Positions 8,851-18,192 of a DNA stretch of 38,171 nt are shown here, piece after piece. The notes under the pieces are model-generated. The model saw only the letters and a list, made by a program, of their open reading frames with translations, searched no databases and was not told the origin of the DNA. Each line of letters begins with the position of its first letter. The first letter of the stretch is position 1. Position numbers and translations under genes: made by a program. The stretch spans positions 1-38,171 of the forward strand of contig JBALDB010000068.1 in the NCBI GenBank assembly GCA_036918135.1, written 5' to 3'. The stretch comes from Nostoc sp. (GTDB taxonomy: Bacteria > Cyanobacteriota > Cyanobacteriia > Cyanobacteriales > Nostocaceae).

Positions 8851-8935
8851 GAGCCAGTGCGGTGAATGGGTTAACAAACATAAAGCAATCGGCGTTAGCG
8901 TTAGCGACTATGCGTAGCGTCACTCACAAGAGTCA
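8851..8935. repeat. Composite small dispersed repeat (Nostoc SDR-like)
   Basis: GC-rich patch GAGCCAGTGCGG...GCAATCGGCGTTAGCGTTAGCGACTATGCGTAGCGTCACTC in AT-rich intergenic DNA; resembles Nostoc small repeats from memory. Confidence 0.45.
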
Positions 8936-9241
8936 CTCATTAAAAAGAAACAATACCTATACCCCAGGCTTTTTAGCGATTCTAAACGATAGGTTTATTT
9001 CTGCCATCATGTACTAGTTATCTCTCAACAAAAAATTGCTCTTCGCTTTGGTATCTGTTCGATATCCTTTGACAAAGTATGAAACTTCCTTCACCTCATC
9101 TTGTCTAGGGCATCGGGCAAACATGAAGTGTAGGAGGGGTGGAAAGCTTTTTATATAATCTCTCCACACTCCCCACAGTCCCTCATCTGTTTGAAGTTCT
9201 CAGTGCCAAAAGTTAGCGCTGGTGACTTCTCTGGTCATCTC

Positions 9242-10162
9242 CTACTCCCCCGCTTTTTCTCTTGGGACGGTTGTTTTCTGGCGATTATCTTCTATTCGTT
9301 GGATGCCGTTGAGAAACATGGGCACAAAATTTTGCAAAAACGCCTGTGGATCGCGCTGCCAAGCTTTTTGGGCAATCTGAATCCTAGTAAATTGCAACTC
9401 AGGTGCTAGCAAAGTCTGGGGTAAGCGTTCCATCAGGTATTGAGGACGTTCCCAAAGTGGCATGGTATTTGCTACTTCCATCAGGTTGGCAACTCGCCGC
9501 AGTTCGGCTCCCAAGGTGATATCCATTCCCGATTCAAAGGCCGCCTGCTCAATTGCAGTATATTTTCGCTTCGCTTGCTCTATTTTTTGCCGATGTTCTG
9601 GACTTTTACGCGCGAGTTCTGCTAACCAACGGTTACCCCAGCGCACATGTCCTGCTTCCTCTGGCAAAATTTTTGCAATTGTTTCTCGGATTTTGATGTT
9701 TTCTTCTGTTTGCGGCGCTTGCTTGAGGGCGTAAATGTGGGCAGAAAAATATTCACAGCCCCGTTTTTCGGTAATGTTAATTGCTGTCAGGGCAGCAATT
9801 ATACCATCCTCTAAGTTGCGTTTTGGATCGTAGGCGTCTTTGTCGAGTAGCCGATCGAATTCATCAATATAGGAAGTTCCGGGGGGAGTTCCGACATCGC
9901 TTCCCAAATCGATCAATAGATCGGTTAACCACATGGCATGACGAGCTTCATCACTGATGTGATGAGATAAATCTCGTACGAGTTCTCGTGGCTGTCCATC
10001 GAGTTGTTCGATTAAGTCAGTCAGGTCTTTACAACTGCGCTGTTCGCTGTAACGGTAGCGATTGAGAGTAATCAAATGGATCTGGCGATCGCATACCACC
10101 CGTTTCAAGATTTCCCTTGCACCTAAAGCATTCTGAAATTTACGTGGGTAGGTAACTGTCAT
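9242..10162 (-). CDS. Ferritin-like (diiron carboxylate) domain protein
   Basis: Paired ExxH motifs DEARH and EEAGH plus upstream Glu residues (SEQ, TEK). Confidence 0.85.
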   Translation of the reverse strand: MTVTYPRKFQNALGAREILKRVVCDRQIHLITLNRYRYSEQRSCKDLTDLIEQLDGQPRELVRDLSHHISDEARHAMWLTDLLIDLGSDVGTPPGTSYIDEFDRLLDKDAYDPKRNLEDGIIAALTAINITEKRGCEYFSAHIYALKQAPQTEENIKIRETIAKILPEEAGHVRWGNRWLAELARKSPEHRQKIEQAKRKYTAIEQAAFESGMDITLGAELRRVANLMEVANTMPLWERPQYLMERLPQTLLAPELQFTRIQIAQKAWQRDPQAFLQNFVPMFLNGIQRIEDNRQKTTVPREKAGE

Positions 10163-10441
10163 AAATTTATATAAAGTTTTATGAACCTATATTTAATCGT
10201 AACTTAATTTTTTGCAACTCCTATATTCCTTCTGAATTAGTCAAAAAGGGTAAAAGTTCAAAAATTAATCACTTTATCTCCGCTTAAGTATCAAATTTAA
10301 AATATAAATTTTTGTAAATTTTGTTATCAACTAAAAATATTGTTTTGGCAAGTCAAAAGCTCAAAAGCTTTGATAAGAACTGATTTTATTGCATTCACAC
10401 TTACCTTCTTAATTAAAAATCTAAAAAACAATTTTAAAATA

Positions 10442-10455
10442 GTAGCGTATGCTAC
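10442..10455 (+). promoter_or_regulatory. NtcA box (repressing position) of the gifA promoter
   Basis: Near-palindromic GTAGCGTATGCTAC only 11 nt upstream of a -10-like TATATT (10467-10472). Confidence 0.85.
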
Positions 10456-10528
10456 AGATTTTTTGCTATATTATCTAAAGGTAACCAAAAATTATATATT
10501 CACTACAAAAACAGGGAGGACTATGATT

Positions 10529-10729
10529 ATGTCTATTGCAGAAAAATCTCGTGCGTTAATGGTGCGCGAACATCAGCAAGTTAAGAATCGCCAACAATCA
10601 ATGCTGATGCGTGCTGCACAAGAACTAGGTCTTTCTGAAGAAGCATCTCACTACTGGAACCCGATTCAAGGAAAGATAGATGCAACGACTAGGATGATTT
10701 ATGGACGCAGCAACGCTACTATGAGCTAA
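10529..10729 (+). CDS. gifA: Glutamine synthetase inactivating factor IF7
   Basis: SRALMVREHQQVKNRQQSMLMRAAQELG...YWNPIQGK; RBS GGAGG at 10515-10519; convergent with glnA. Confidence 0.95.
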   Translation: MSIAEKSRALMVREHQQVKNRQQSMLMRAAQELGLSEEASHYWNPIQGKIDATTRMIYGRSNATMS

Positions 10730-10781
10730 GCATCAAAATCGATGTTTTCAGCATCACGTCAGAAAAATAACTGTTTAGCTC

Positions 10782-10813
10782 AAAAAAAAGCCACCCTCTG
10801 GGGTGGCAAAATT
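10782..10813 (-). terminator. Intrinsic terminator of glnA (possibly weakly bidirectional)
   Basis: GCCACCC-TCTG-GGGTGGC hairpin with an A8 tract on the + strand (U8 on the glnA strand). Confidence 0.8.
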
Positions 10814-10842
10814 TAGACCTTTAATTTAGATAGGGCACTTAA

Positions 10843-12258
10843 TTAAGCATCGTAATAGAGGTAAAACTCGTAAGGATGAGGACGTAGCTGCAACTGCTTG
10901 ACTTCATTTGCTAGCTTGTAGTCAATCCAGTTTTGGATAAAGTCTTCTGTGAAGACGCCTGATTCTGTCAAGAAGGCGTGATCGTTTTCCAATGCTTCCA
11001 ATGCCAATTCTAAAGAACCTGGAGTTGAGGGAACTTGCGCCAGTTCTTCTGGAGAAAGTTCATAGATATTCTTATCTAAAGGGGCACCAGGATCTATTTT
11101 GTTTTTGATGCCATCAATACCAGCACAAAGCATCGCAGCAAATGCTAAGTAGGGGTTAGAAGTGGCATCTGGACAACGGAATTCTAGGCGCTTGGCTTTG
11201 GGGTTAGTGCCAGACAGAGGAATACGGATAGAAGCAGAACGGTTTCCTTGGGAGTAAGCCAAGTTAACTGGAGCTTCATAACCAGGTACTAGGCGCTTAT
11301 AAGAGTTGGTACTGGGATTAGTAATTGCCAACAGCGCTGGTGCGTGTTTGAGAAGACCGCCAATGTAGTGCAACGCCATGTCACTCAAGCCAGCATACTT
11401 ATCACCTGCAAACAGAGGTTTGCCATCCTTCCAAATAGATTGGTGAGTGTGCATCCCGGAGCCGTTATCGCCAAATAGCGGCTTGGGCATAAAGGTGACG
11501 GTTTTACCGTATTTCTTAGCAACGTTCTTGATGACATATTTATAAGTCATCAACCAATCAGCAGCTTCGATCAACTTACCAAAGCGGAAACCCAATTCGC
11601 ACTGACCACCAGTAGCTACTTCGTGGTGATGCTTTTCAATGGGTACACCTAATTTTTCCATTGTCAACAGCATTTCTGTGCGGATATCTTGTAAAGAATC
11701 CGTTGGCGAAACTGGGAAGTAACCTTCTTTGAAACGTGGTTTGTAAGCCAAATTGGGTTCTTCATCTTTACCAGAATTCCAAGCACCTTCTTTAGAGTCT
11801 AAGAAGTAGTAGCCTTCGTTAGCAGTTTGTGCAAAGCGCGCAGTCTCAAAAATAAAGAATTCAGCTTCAGGGCCAAAGAAAGCTGTGTCACCAAGTCCAC
11901 TGGAAACCAGGTAATCTACTGCTTTTTGGGCAATAACCCGTGGACAACGGTTATACCATTCCCCTGTACGTGGTTCTTTAATACTACAAATTATACTTAG
12001 CGTTGGCACTTGCATAAATGGGTCGATCCAAGCAGTGTTGGGATCGAGTACCATCGTCATGTCCGATTCGTTGATCGCTTTCCAACCCCGGATGCTGGAA
12101 CCGTCAAAAGGTACGCCATCAGTGAATGAACTCTCATCAATTTGGTTCTGGAACACAGTAAGGTGCTGCCATGTCCCTACTGTATCGATGAATTTGAGAT
12201 CGATCAGCTGAATTTTTTGGTCTTGGATTAATTTCAAGACTTCTTGTGGGGTTGTCAT
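10843..12258 (-). CDS. glnA: Glutamine synthetase type I
   Basis: [44 protein letters not shown] motifs; 471 aa. Confidence 0.99.
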   Translation of the reverse strand: MTTPQEVLKLIQDQKIQLIDLKFIDTVGTWQHLTVFQNQIDESSFTDGVPFDGSSIRGWKAINESDMTMVLDPNTAWIDPFMQVPTLSIICSIKEPRTGEWYNRCPRVIAQKAVDYLVSSGLGDTAFFGPEAEFFIFETARFAQTANEGYYFLDSKEGAWNSGKDEEPNLAYKPRFKEGYFPVSPTDSLQDIRTEMLLTMEKLGVPIEKHHHEVATGGQCELGFRFGKLIEAADWLMTYKYVIKNVAKKYGKTVTFMPKPLFGDNGSGMHTHQSIWKDGKPLFAGDKYAGLSDMALHYIGGLLKHAPALLAITNPSTNSYKRLVPGYEAPVNLAYSQGNRSASIRIPLSGTNPKAKRLEFRCPDATSNPYLAFAAMLCAGIDGIKNKIDPGAPLDKNIYELSPEELAQVPSTPGSLELALEALENDHAFLTESGVFTEDFIQNWIDYKLANEVKQLQLRPHPYEFYLYYDA

Positions 12259-12355
12259 TGTTACTCCTTCTGTACCAATTTCCTAAAGTAAAACCAGAAT
12301 CTTCCAAAGCATCCTAACCCTACTGATCTCAATCAAGCCGTGACACACCTGAAAT

Positions 12356-12398
12356 ATCTTAAATACTAGATATTAAGGTATTTTGTACTTTATGTTAC
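12356..12398 (-). promoter_or_regulatory. NtcA-activated glnA promoter
   Basis: Minus strand GTAACATAAAGTAC (12398-12385), then 23 nt, then TAAGAT -10 box (12361-12356). Confidence 0.85.
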
Positions 12399-12615
12399 AG
12401 ATATCTGGATTACAGGTTATATTAACCTTTCACCGCTCGTCTGTATAAAACTGGAAAGTTCATCACATAGGGGTCAACTTTGGCATAGAATCCTTATGTA
12501 GTGGATAGATTGTTTTTGTGCCGAATCTATTTTTAATAGCACAAAAATTTACTGCTGCATAAGTGCAGCCAAATAAATATCAAACCATAGATAGCAACGA
12601 TTGGGAGAAAATGGA

Positions 12616-13125
12616 ATGCGCGATGCGGTAACAAATTTAATTAAGAATTATGACGTAGCTGGTCGGTATTTTGACCGGAATGCGCTTGATAGTCTAAAGT
12701 CTTACTTTGACAGTGGTACAGCACGAGTACAAGCGGCAGCAGCGATAAATTCTAATGCAGCTGCACTTGTTAAACAGGCTGGTTTAAAGTTATTTGAAGA
12801 ACTGCCAGAATTGATTCGTCCTGGTGGAAATTCTTATACAACCCGCCGTTATGCGGCTTGTTTAAGGGATCTAGACTATTACTTGCGCTACGCCACTTAT
12901 GCACTGGTTGCTGGTAACACGAATGTGTTAGATGAGCGAGTGCTACAAGGGCTGCGAGAAACTTATAATTCTTTGGGAGTACCGATTGGGCCTACGGTTC
13001 GTGGTGTCCAAATACTCAAGGATTTAGCTAAGGAACAAGCAGCCGCAGCAGGTGTGGCTAATGCTGCTTTTATAGACGAACCATTCGATCACATTACACG
13101 CGAGTTGAGCGAGCAGGATATTTAG
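12616..13125 (+). CDS. apcF: Allophycocyanin beta-18 subunit
   Basis: MRDAVTNLIKNYD...PGGNSYTTRRYAACLRDLDYYLRYATYA; divergent from glnA. Confidence 0.97.
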   Translation: MRDAVTNLIKNYDVAGRYFDRNALDSLKSYFDSGTARVQAAAAINSNAAALVKQAGLKLFEELPELIRPGGNSYTTRRYAACLRDLDYYLRYATYALVAGNTNVLDERVLQGLRETYNSLGVPIGPTVRGVQILKDLAKEQAAAAGVANAAFIDEPFDHITRELSEQDI

Positions 13126-13158
13126 ATTTTAACGGTCACCCCACAAGAATTATCAACA

Positions 13159-13196
13159 GCGATCGCACTTTGATTTGAAAAAGCGATCGCTTTTTT
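13159..13196 (+). terminator. Putative apcF terminator with HIP1 stem
   Basis: GCGATCGC(13159-13166)-16 nt-GCGATCGC(13183-13190)-T6. Confidence 0.6.
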
Positions 13197-13457
13197 GTCA
13201 ATTCTACTAAAATTCGAGAGCTGAAAGTGCCAACTCTCAATCGCTTATTTGAATTGGCAATGGCGCTTCTGTAAAATAGTTTTGCTAGATTAGTACTTAT
13301 GTATCGAGTAGGAAGTGTAAGGACAATGCATCAATTACCCCTATAGTAAATCAAGGTTTTCATAACCAACAATTCTTTACATCTGGCATCATATAGGGGT
13401 AGAAAACTTACATGGATATTTGATATTTACTGGTTAAACTTTTTTTAACTGTTTTTT

Positions 13458-13515
13458 ATGCCTGATACTCTTACTAAGCTGACCTATCAAACCTTTCAAC
13501 AGAGTAAGCATTTAT
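13458..13515 (+). pseudogene. 5' remnant of a probable class I SAM methyltransferase gene
   Basis: MPDTLTKLTYQTFQQSK resembles a Nostocales methyltransferase N-terminus from memory; similarity ends at about 13515. Confidence 0.5.
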
Positions 13516-13602
13516 TTGGAAGCTGGTATCTCGCGTGAAGATATTGTTTTGGGTTTTCATCCAGCCGAACTACGGCAATACACGGATTTTGCTGTCTCTT
13601 AA
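13516..13602 (+). pseudogene. xisI: 3' remnant of an XisI-family gene
   Basis: LEAGISREDIVLGFHPAELRQYTDFAVS* is the characteristic XisI C-terminus; no start or N-terminal part. Confidence 0.8.
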
Positions 13603-13644
13603 TTATTTTTAGTTGTATATTCTCAGATAATAAAAGAAGTTAGG

Positions 13645-13673
13645 GCGATGCCTACGGCGAGCTGCGCCTACGC
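13645..13673. repeat. SDR5-like small element within a HIP1 site
   Basis: GCGAT-GCCTACGGCGAGCTGCGCCTA-CGC; removing the 21-nt insert restores GCGATCGC. Confidence 0.7.
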
Positions 13674-13705
13674 AACTCGCAAATTTTGGCAACTCCAAGT
13701 AAATA

Positions 13706-13752
13706 AAAACAATAGCATAGCTGTTGACTTTCAACAACCATGCTATTGTTTT
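13706..13752. terminator. Inverted repeat, probable bidirectional terminator
   Basis: AAAACAATAGCAT...ATGCTATTGTTTT, downstream of both the xisI remnant and the Nif11 gene. Confidence 0.65.
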
Positions 13753-13814
13753 ATATTTAGAAGTACCTTTGGAAATCCAGTTGTTCCTATACTTTAATTT
13801 TCATGAAATAGGAA

Positions 13815-14048
13815 TTATCTAGGATTAAGGTGGTGTCTAGTCCCCCATCCGGGATTGACAATGGCGGCTAAATCTTCTTCTGATAATTTGTCAATCTGAG
13901 TATTTAGTTCTTCAACGGTGAATTCATAACCACGCTCACGAGCAATCTTGATGAAGGCTTCTGGATTAGCTGTTGCTTTGAGCCTTTCTTGTAATGCTTG
14001 ATCTCGTTTTACGGCTTCAAAAAGTCGGGCAGCATTTTGCTGTGTCAT
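13815..14048 (-). CDS. Nif11-like leader peptide family protein (RiPP precursor-like)
   Basis: AARLFEAVKRDQALQERLKA, IARERGYEFTVEEL, LSEEDLAAI; RBS GGAG upstream. Confidence 0.85.
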   Translation of the reverse strand: MTQQNAARLFEAVKRDQALQERLKATANPEAFIKIARERGYEFTVEELNTQIDKLSEEDLAAIVNPGWGTRHHLNPR

Positions 14049-14360
14049 GATCGCCTGTCTCCTGTCTGATATATCAGGTTTGAGTGCAGTATTTTGACTT
14101 CTGCGACTTCACTAAATTTAGTAAAGAATTTCTCAATTGGGCATATGCTTTTATCTTATAAACATAAAGAGAAAATGTGTTGATTTTGACAAAAAAATAT
14201 AACTTTCAGGATAAATTGTTACGTCTTGTTTGCAAAATTCATTCCTGAGATGGTAGCGATATTTAGCAGAACTTAACCAAGTGAAACAGCGTCTGGAAAA
14301 TTTATAGTATAAATGTATTATCAAGCACAATAGAAGTTGCCGATGTTTGAAGCGCTAATT

Positions 14361-14795
14361 ATGGAAGAATTATTGAGTTTGAAAGACTTGCTTGTTAAGG
14401 GCGATGTTCAAGGAGCATTGCTGATAGTAGAAGAATTAACAGAAATGAGCCGAAATGACGTAATCAAGACGATTCGTAGCTATGCAGTGATTCTATTGTT
14501 GGATCTGATTAAACAACAAGCTAAAAATCGCACAACTCGCTCTTGGGAAGTCTCTATTCGGAATTCGGTTCGGGAAATTCAGCGAGAAAATAAGCACTGT
14601 AAAACAGGGGGCTATTATCTAACGCTAGAAGAATTGTTAGAAATCTTAGCAGAAGCCTATTTAAATGCCATTGATGAGGCTTCCCTTGAAGTAGAAAAAG
14701 GTCGTTATGAAGCCCAAGAATTAGAAAAGCTGGTTAACCAAGAAGAAATTATCAATCGTGGTTTAAGTTTAATCTTCTCAGGAGAGTCTAATTAA
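14361..14795 (+). CDS. DUF29 family protein
   Basis: EELTEMSR, ILLLDLIKQQ, TRSWEVSIRNS, EAYLNAIDEASLE. Confidence 0.75.
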   Translation: MEELLSLKDLLVKGDVQGALLIVEELTEMSRNDVIKTIRSYAVILLLDLIKQQAKNRTTRSWEVSIRNSVREIQRENKHCKTGGYYLTLEELLEILAEAYLNAIDEASLEVEKGRYEAQELEKLVNQEEIINRGLSLIFSGESN

Positions 14796-15614
14796 TTGGC
14801 TAAACAACGACTCGATACATTATTAGTAAATTTAAATTTATGTTCTTCTCGCGCCTTAGCACAGAGGTTAATTCAAGCAGGGGAAGTTACTGTTAATCAG
14901 CAGGTAGTTGATAAACCCGGTACAGAAGTTGATATTGCAGCTCAAATAAATATTAAAGAGCGATCGCCTTTTGTTTCTAGAGGAGGTGAAAAACTCTCCA
15001 AAGCTTTAACAGTATTTGCCATTTCTGTCACTGGACGCATTTGTTTAGATGGTGGAATTTCTACAGGTGGCTTTACTGATTGTTTGTTGCAAGCTGGGGC
15101 AAAACTAGTTTACGGTATTGATGTTGGTTACGGACAAGTTGACTGGCTCTTAAGAAATGATTCGCGAGTGATTTTGCGCGAACGCACCAATTTAAGACAG
15201 CTACGACCAAATGATTTGTATGGTGAAAATGACCCAATTCCTGATTTGGCAGTAGTGGATGTCTCGTTTATTTCCTTAACTAAAATTCTGCCTGCTTTGT
15301 GGGAGCTAACTCAAGCTAGCCGGGAAGCTATATTGTTAGTCAAGCCACAGTTTGAAGTTGGCAAATCCCGTGTAGGAAAAAAAGGAGTTGTGCGCGACCC
15401 AAACGACCAAGCTGACGCTATTTTCCAGGTGTTGCAAGTGGCTCAAGAATTAGGATGGAAATACAAAGGCTTAACTTGGTCGCCGATTACTGGCCCGGCT
15501 GGAAATATCGAATATCTTTTATGGTTGGGAATGGAAAGTGAAACACCACCGCCTAACTTAGAAGCGGTTAAGCAGACCGCCCAATCAGCAACAATTGATT
15601 TACGGAAAAATTGA
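14796..15614 (+). CDS. tlyA: TlyA rRNA 2'-O-methyltransferase (S4 + FtsJ domains)
   Basis: KQRLDTLL, VSRGGEKL, DGGISTGGFTDCLLQ, DVSFISL, KPQFE, SPITGPAGNIEYL; TTG start. Confidence 0.96.
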   Translation: MAKQRLDTLLVNLNLCSSRALAQRLIQAGEVTVNQQVVDKPGTEVDIAAQINIKERSPFVSRGGEKLSKALTVFAISVTGRICLDGGISTGGFTDCLLQAGAKLVYGIDVGYGQVDWLLRNDSRVILRERTNLRQLRPNDLYGENDPIPDLAVVDVSFISLTKILPALWELTQASREAILLVKPQFEVGKSRVGKKGVVRDPNDQADAIFQVLQVAQELGWKYKGLTWSPITGPAGNIEYLLWLGMESETPPPNLEAVKQTAQSATIDLRKN

Positions 15615-15616
15615 AC

Positions 15617-15879
15617 AAGAATGCAGAATTGAGAATAAATTGAAAACCACTAAATCTTGACTGCGGAATGATGTGCAGAAGATTTAGTGGGGATTTAAAC
15701 CCAATAAACTTGGGTTAAGGTTTATTGACAAAGAAAACTGAATCTTTCAGACGCGATAAATCGCGTCTCTAGATGAATATTTTTAGGCTTAACTCAAGGG
15801 TATTGGATTTAAACCTACATATTTATCAGGTATTCGTACAGAATTCATACTGACTCCTGAATTCTGACTCCTGAATTCT
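15617..15879. repeat. Composite MITE/STRR-like intergenic element with nested palindromes
   Basis: CCACTAAATCTT...AAGATTTAGTGG inverted repeat, REP-like AGACGCGATAAATCGCGTCT hairpin (about 15749-15768), terminal (TGACTCC/TGAATTC) heptamers. Confidence 0.6.
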
Positions 15880-15885
15880 ATCTTG

Positions 15886-16146
15886 TTAAAGGTCGTATAT
15901 CAGACACTCTACGGAATTTGGATGGCGATCGCAGTAGTTCTCTAAAGAGGTTTTCTTTTGTTTTGCTCGATGCCGATCGGATTTTTCAGCTTGCAATTCT
16001 TCAACGATATCCCAAGCTACGGCACAATTAGCAGAATTACTGCCATTTAACTCACAAGTTGAACGAGCATCACTAATGGCTTCTAAAATCGCTTGTTCAA
16101 GAGTTGTAGCCACAGCAGCTTGATTTACGTTTAAGGTTGTTGTCAT
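15886..16146 (-). CDS. cp12: CP12 Calvin-cycle regulatory protein
   Basis: CAVAWDIVEELQA core, with both N- and C-terminal Cys pairs (YCDRHPNSVECLIYD). Confidence 0.92.
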   Translation of the reverse strand: MTTTLNVNQAAVATTLEQAILEAISDARSTCELNGSNSANCAVAWDIVEELQAEKSDRHRAKQKKTSLENYCDRHPNSVECLIYDL

Positions 16147-16478
16147 GTCACTTTCACCTTATGTTTTCAGAGATATAAATCAATGGCAGAGATTCTAATG
16201 ACCTTAGAAAGCTCACATTTACAGTTTAGATACGCTTGCCAAAAAAAGTGGTGTAAATACCGTCATCTTTTTAACAAACTTGGGTGAGGATTTCCCTCTG
16301 GCAATCTTTGCTTAAAAAAGCTATTGCATTTTCTGTTAATTGCAGCTACGAGCAAAGACGATCGTCTTCTCAATCTTGCATTGGAAATCGGCAATTGAGA
16401 TGGATTGTCAGAAGATTTTGATAGAAGTTGATAAACGCTTATAAAGGGTAACAAATAGGAAACAATTATTAGTTATTC

Positions 16479-17843
16479 TCAATACTTTATGCCTAATTCT
16501 TGTCGCAAACGATACAGAATTGTGTTTTGGTCAACTTGAGAAAGAATTTCTTGAATGACGCTGCTAGCGCCCAACTGTCCCCAAGTGCAGCCTTTTTCCA
16601 GATAGACTTGAGCGGCTTTGCCAACGGAGTATGCGCCATAACCAGCAATACCAGCTTGGGCGATCGCACTGCCAGCAAAGGCAGTAATATTTGTCGGATT
16701 GTCGCCAGTGGCGATCGCAGCTGTACTCTTACCCAAACCCAACACAAAACTACTACCTAATTCTCCCAGGAGTAACCCACCAGAACTCAATAAAATCGTT
16801 TTGAAAATTTTTCCCGCTTCATAACTAGTCATTGGCAGTCCATACAAGCGTGCCAAAGCGCGAATTAAAGCCAAATCGGCAACAGCCCCGCCCAGAATAT
16901 CTAAGAAAGCTATGGGATTTAAGGCTACTGCCAAAGCTTTGTATTTAGTAAATTGCCAGATAATGTCTTCGGCTTCTTGTTGGCGTAAGTCGATGGTTTT
17001 TTGAGCGATCGCTGCTTCTGCGTCTCGTGCTTGGATGAGTGCATTTAAAGCTAGAAGCGATCGCCCTTCTCGATTGAGAATGTTCAAAATTGTCTGCTTG
17101 AGTTCGTCCACTTGCGGTGGTGGTGTCTCCCATTCATAGGTGATGCGACCATCAGGCCATTCAACCCGCACTTCCATTGGTGCTGGTTCCGCCGCCACCA
17201 TGACAATTTCATCGGGTAGTAGAGGCTTTGCGGGGAAATTTCCGGCACCCAGTTGTTGCAAATTTTCGTAAATCGCGCTTTTGTCTGTATCTGGGTACAA
17301 GTCTATCTTGTTAAACACCAGAATCAAAGGTTTTTGCGATCGCCTTAATTCCAGCAATGCTTGATACTCAGTGCGAGTGATATCACCAGACACGACAAAC
17401 AAAATTAAATCTGCTTGACGCACTACTTCTCGTGCCATGTCTGCCCGTGACTCGCCCTCAATTTCATCTAATCCTGGTGTATCAATTAACTCTACTAATA
17501 CCTTGTTTCCTGGCTGCCAGCGTACCGACCGAGGCCATTGGGTAACACCATTGAGGGGGCCAGTTTGGAGAATCTTGTCTCCCAAGAGGGCATTTAAAAC
17601 TGCTGACTTGCCGCGACTCACTAAACCAAAGGCGGCAATTCTAATAACGTTAGAATCCAGTTTGTTGAGTGTAGAGTTGAGAGTTTCTAATTCTGGTTTT
17701 ACAAAAGATGCCAATTCTGGATTAGATGACAACTGTCCTGATTTACGAAGATATCCATACCAAGACAGCGCTTGTCTGAGACTGGCGCGGGCACGGTTTA
17801 GGTGAGACTCTTGCAGATTACGCACAAAGTTAGGTTGATTCAA
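16479..17843 (-). CDS. Era-like GTPase with DUF697/YcjF C-terminal domain
   Basis: G1 GLVSRGKS, G3 DTPG, G4 NKID; hydrophobic C-terminal NPIAFLD segment; TTG start. Confidence 0.88.
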   Translation of the reverse strand: MNQPNFVRNLQESHLNRARASLRQALSWYGYLRKSGQLSSNPELASFVKPELETLNSTLNKLDSNVIRIAAFGLVSRGKSAVLNALLGDKILQTGPLNGVTQWPRSVRWQPGNKVLVELIDTPGLDEIEGESRADMAREVVRQADLILFVVSGDITRTEYQALLELRRSQKPLILVFNKIDLYPDTDKSAIYENLQQLGAGNFPAKPLLPDEIVMVAAEPAPMEVRVEWPDGRITYEWETPPPQVDELKQTILNILNREGRSLLALNALIQARDAEAAIAQKTIDLRQQEAEDIIWQFTKYKALAVALNPIAFLDILGGAVADLALIRALARLYGLPMTSYEAGKIFKTILLSSGGLLLGELGSSFVLGLGKSTAAIATGDNPTNITAFAGSAIAQAGIAGYGAYSVGKAAQVYLEKGCTWGQLGASSVIQEILSQVDQNTILYRLRQELGIKY

Positions 17844-17889
17844 GGTTGGACAAACAACAGGCTACATATCCATTTTGCTCTAATTCCAA

Positions 17890-18192
17890 TTAGAACATGG
17901 GATTGTGTTTATCATCCCAACACTTGCGATCGCGCCAGTCTCTACCAGTATGTTCGCATTCAGATGCATCATCTATCCAAGGAATTGATGTAGAGTGATG
18001 TGAGATTCCGATGGAAGTAAATAAGTTAGCAGTAAATAAGGGCAATAATAAAGATAAAGTTATCAAAGTAAAAATTGGTAAAACAATAAAATATCCAGTC
18101 AGTGATATTATCTTAATTTTAGTTTTGAAAATACTGTAATTTTTATTTTTTTGAGGAATTTTTAAACTCAATTTTGACTTTGATAAAAGCAT
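17890..18192 (-). CDS. Small membrane-anchored hypothetical protein with C-terminal Cys/Trp motif
   Basis: Hydrophobic helix then IPWIDDASECEHTGRDWRDRKCWDDKHNPMF. Confidence 0.65.
   Translation of the reverse strand: MLLSKSKLSLKIPQKNKNYSIFKTKIKIISLTGYFIVLPIFTLITLSLLLPLFTANLFTSIGISHHSTSIPWIDDASECEHTGRDWRDRKCWDDKHNPMF

Noticed and set aside
8400..9240. Hidden gene or sRNA downstream of patX, including ORF 8726-8923
   Set aside because: No convincing start, RBS or family motif; the ORF crosses a repeat patch.
10340..10528. N-terminal extension of gifA (129-aa ORF)
   Set aside because: It spans the promoter and NtcA box; the RBS supports a start at 10529 (or 10523).
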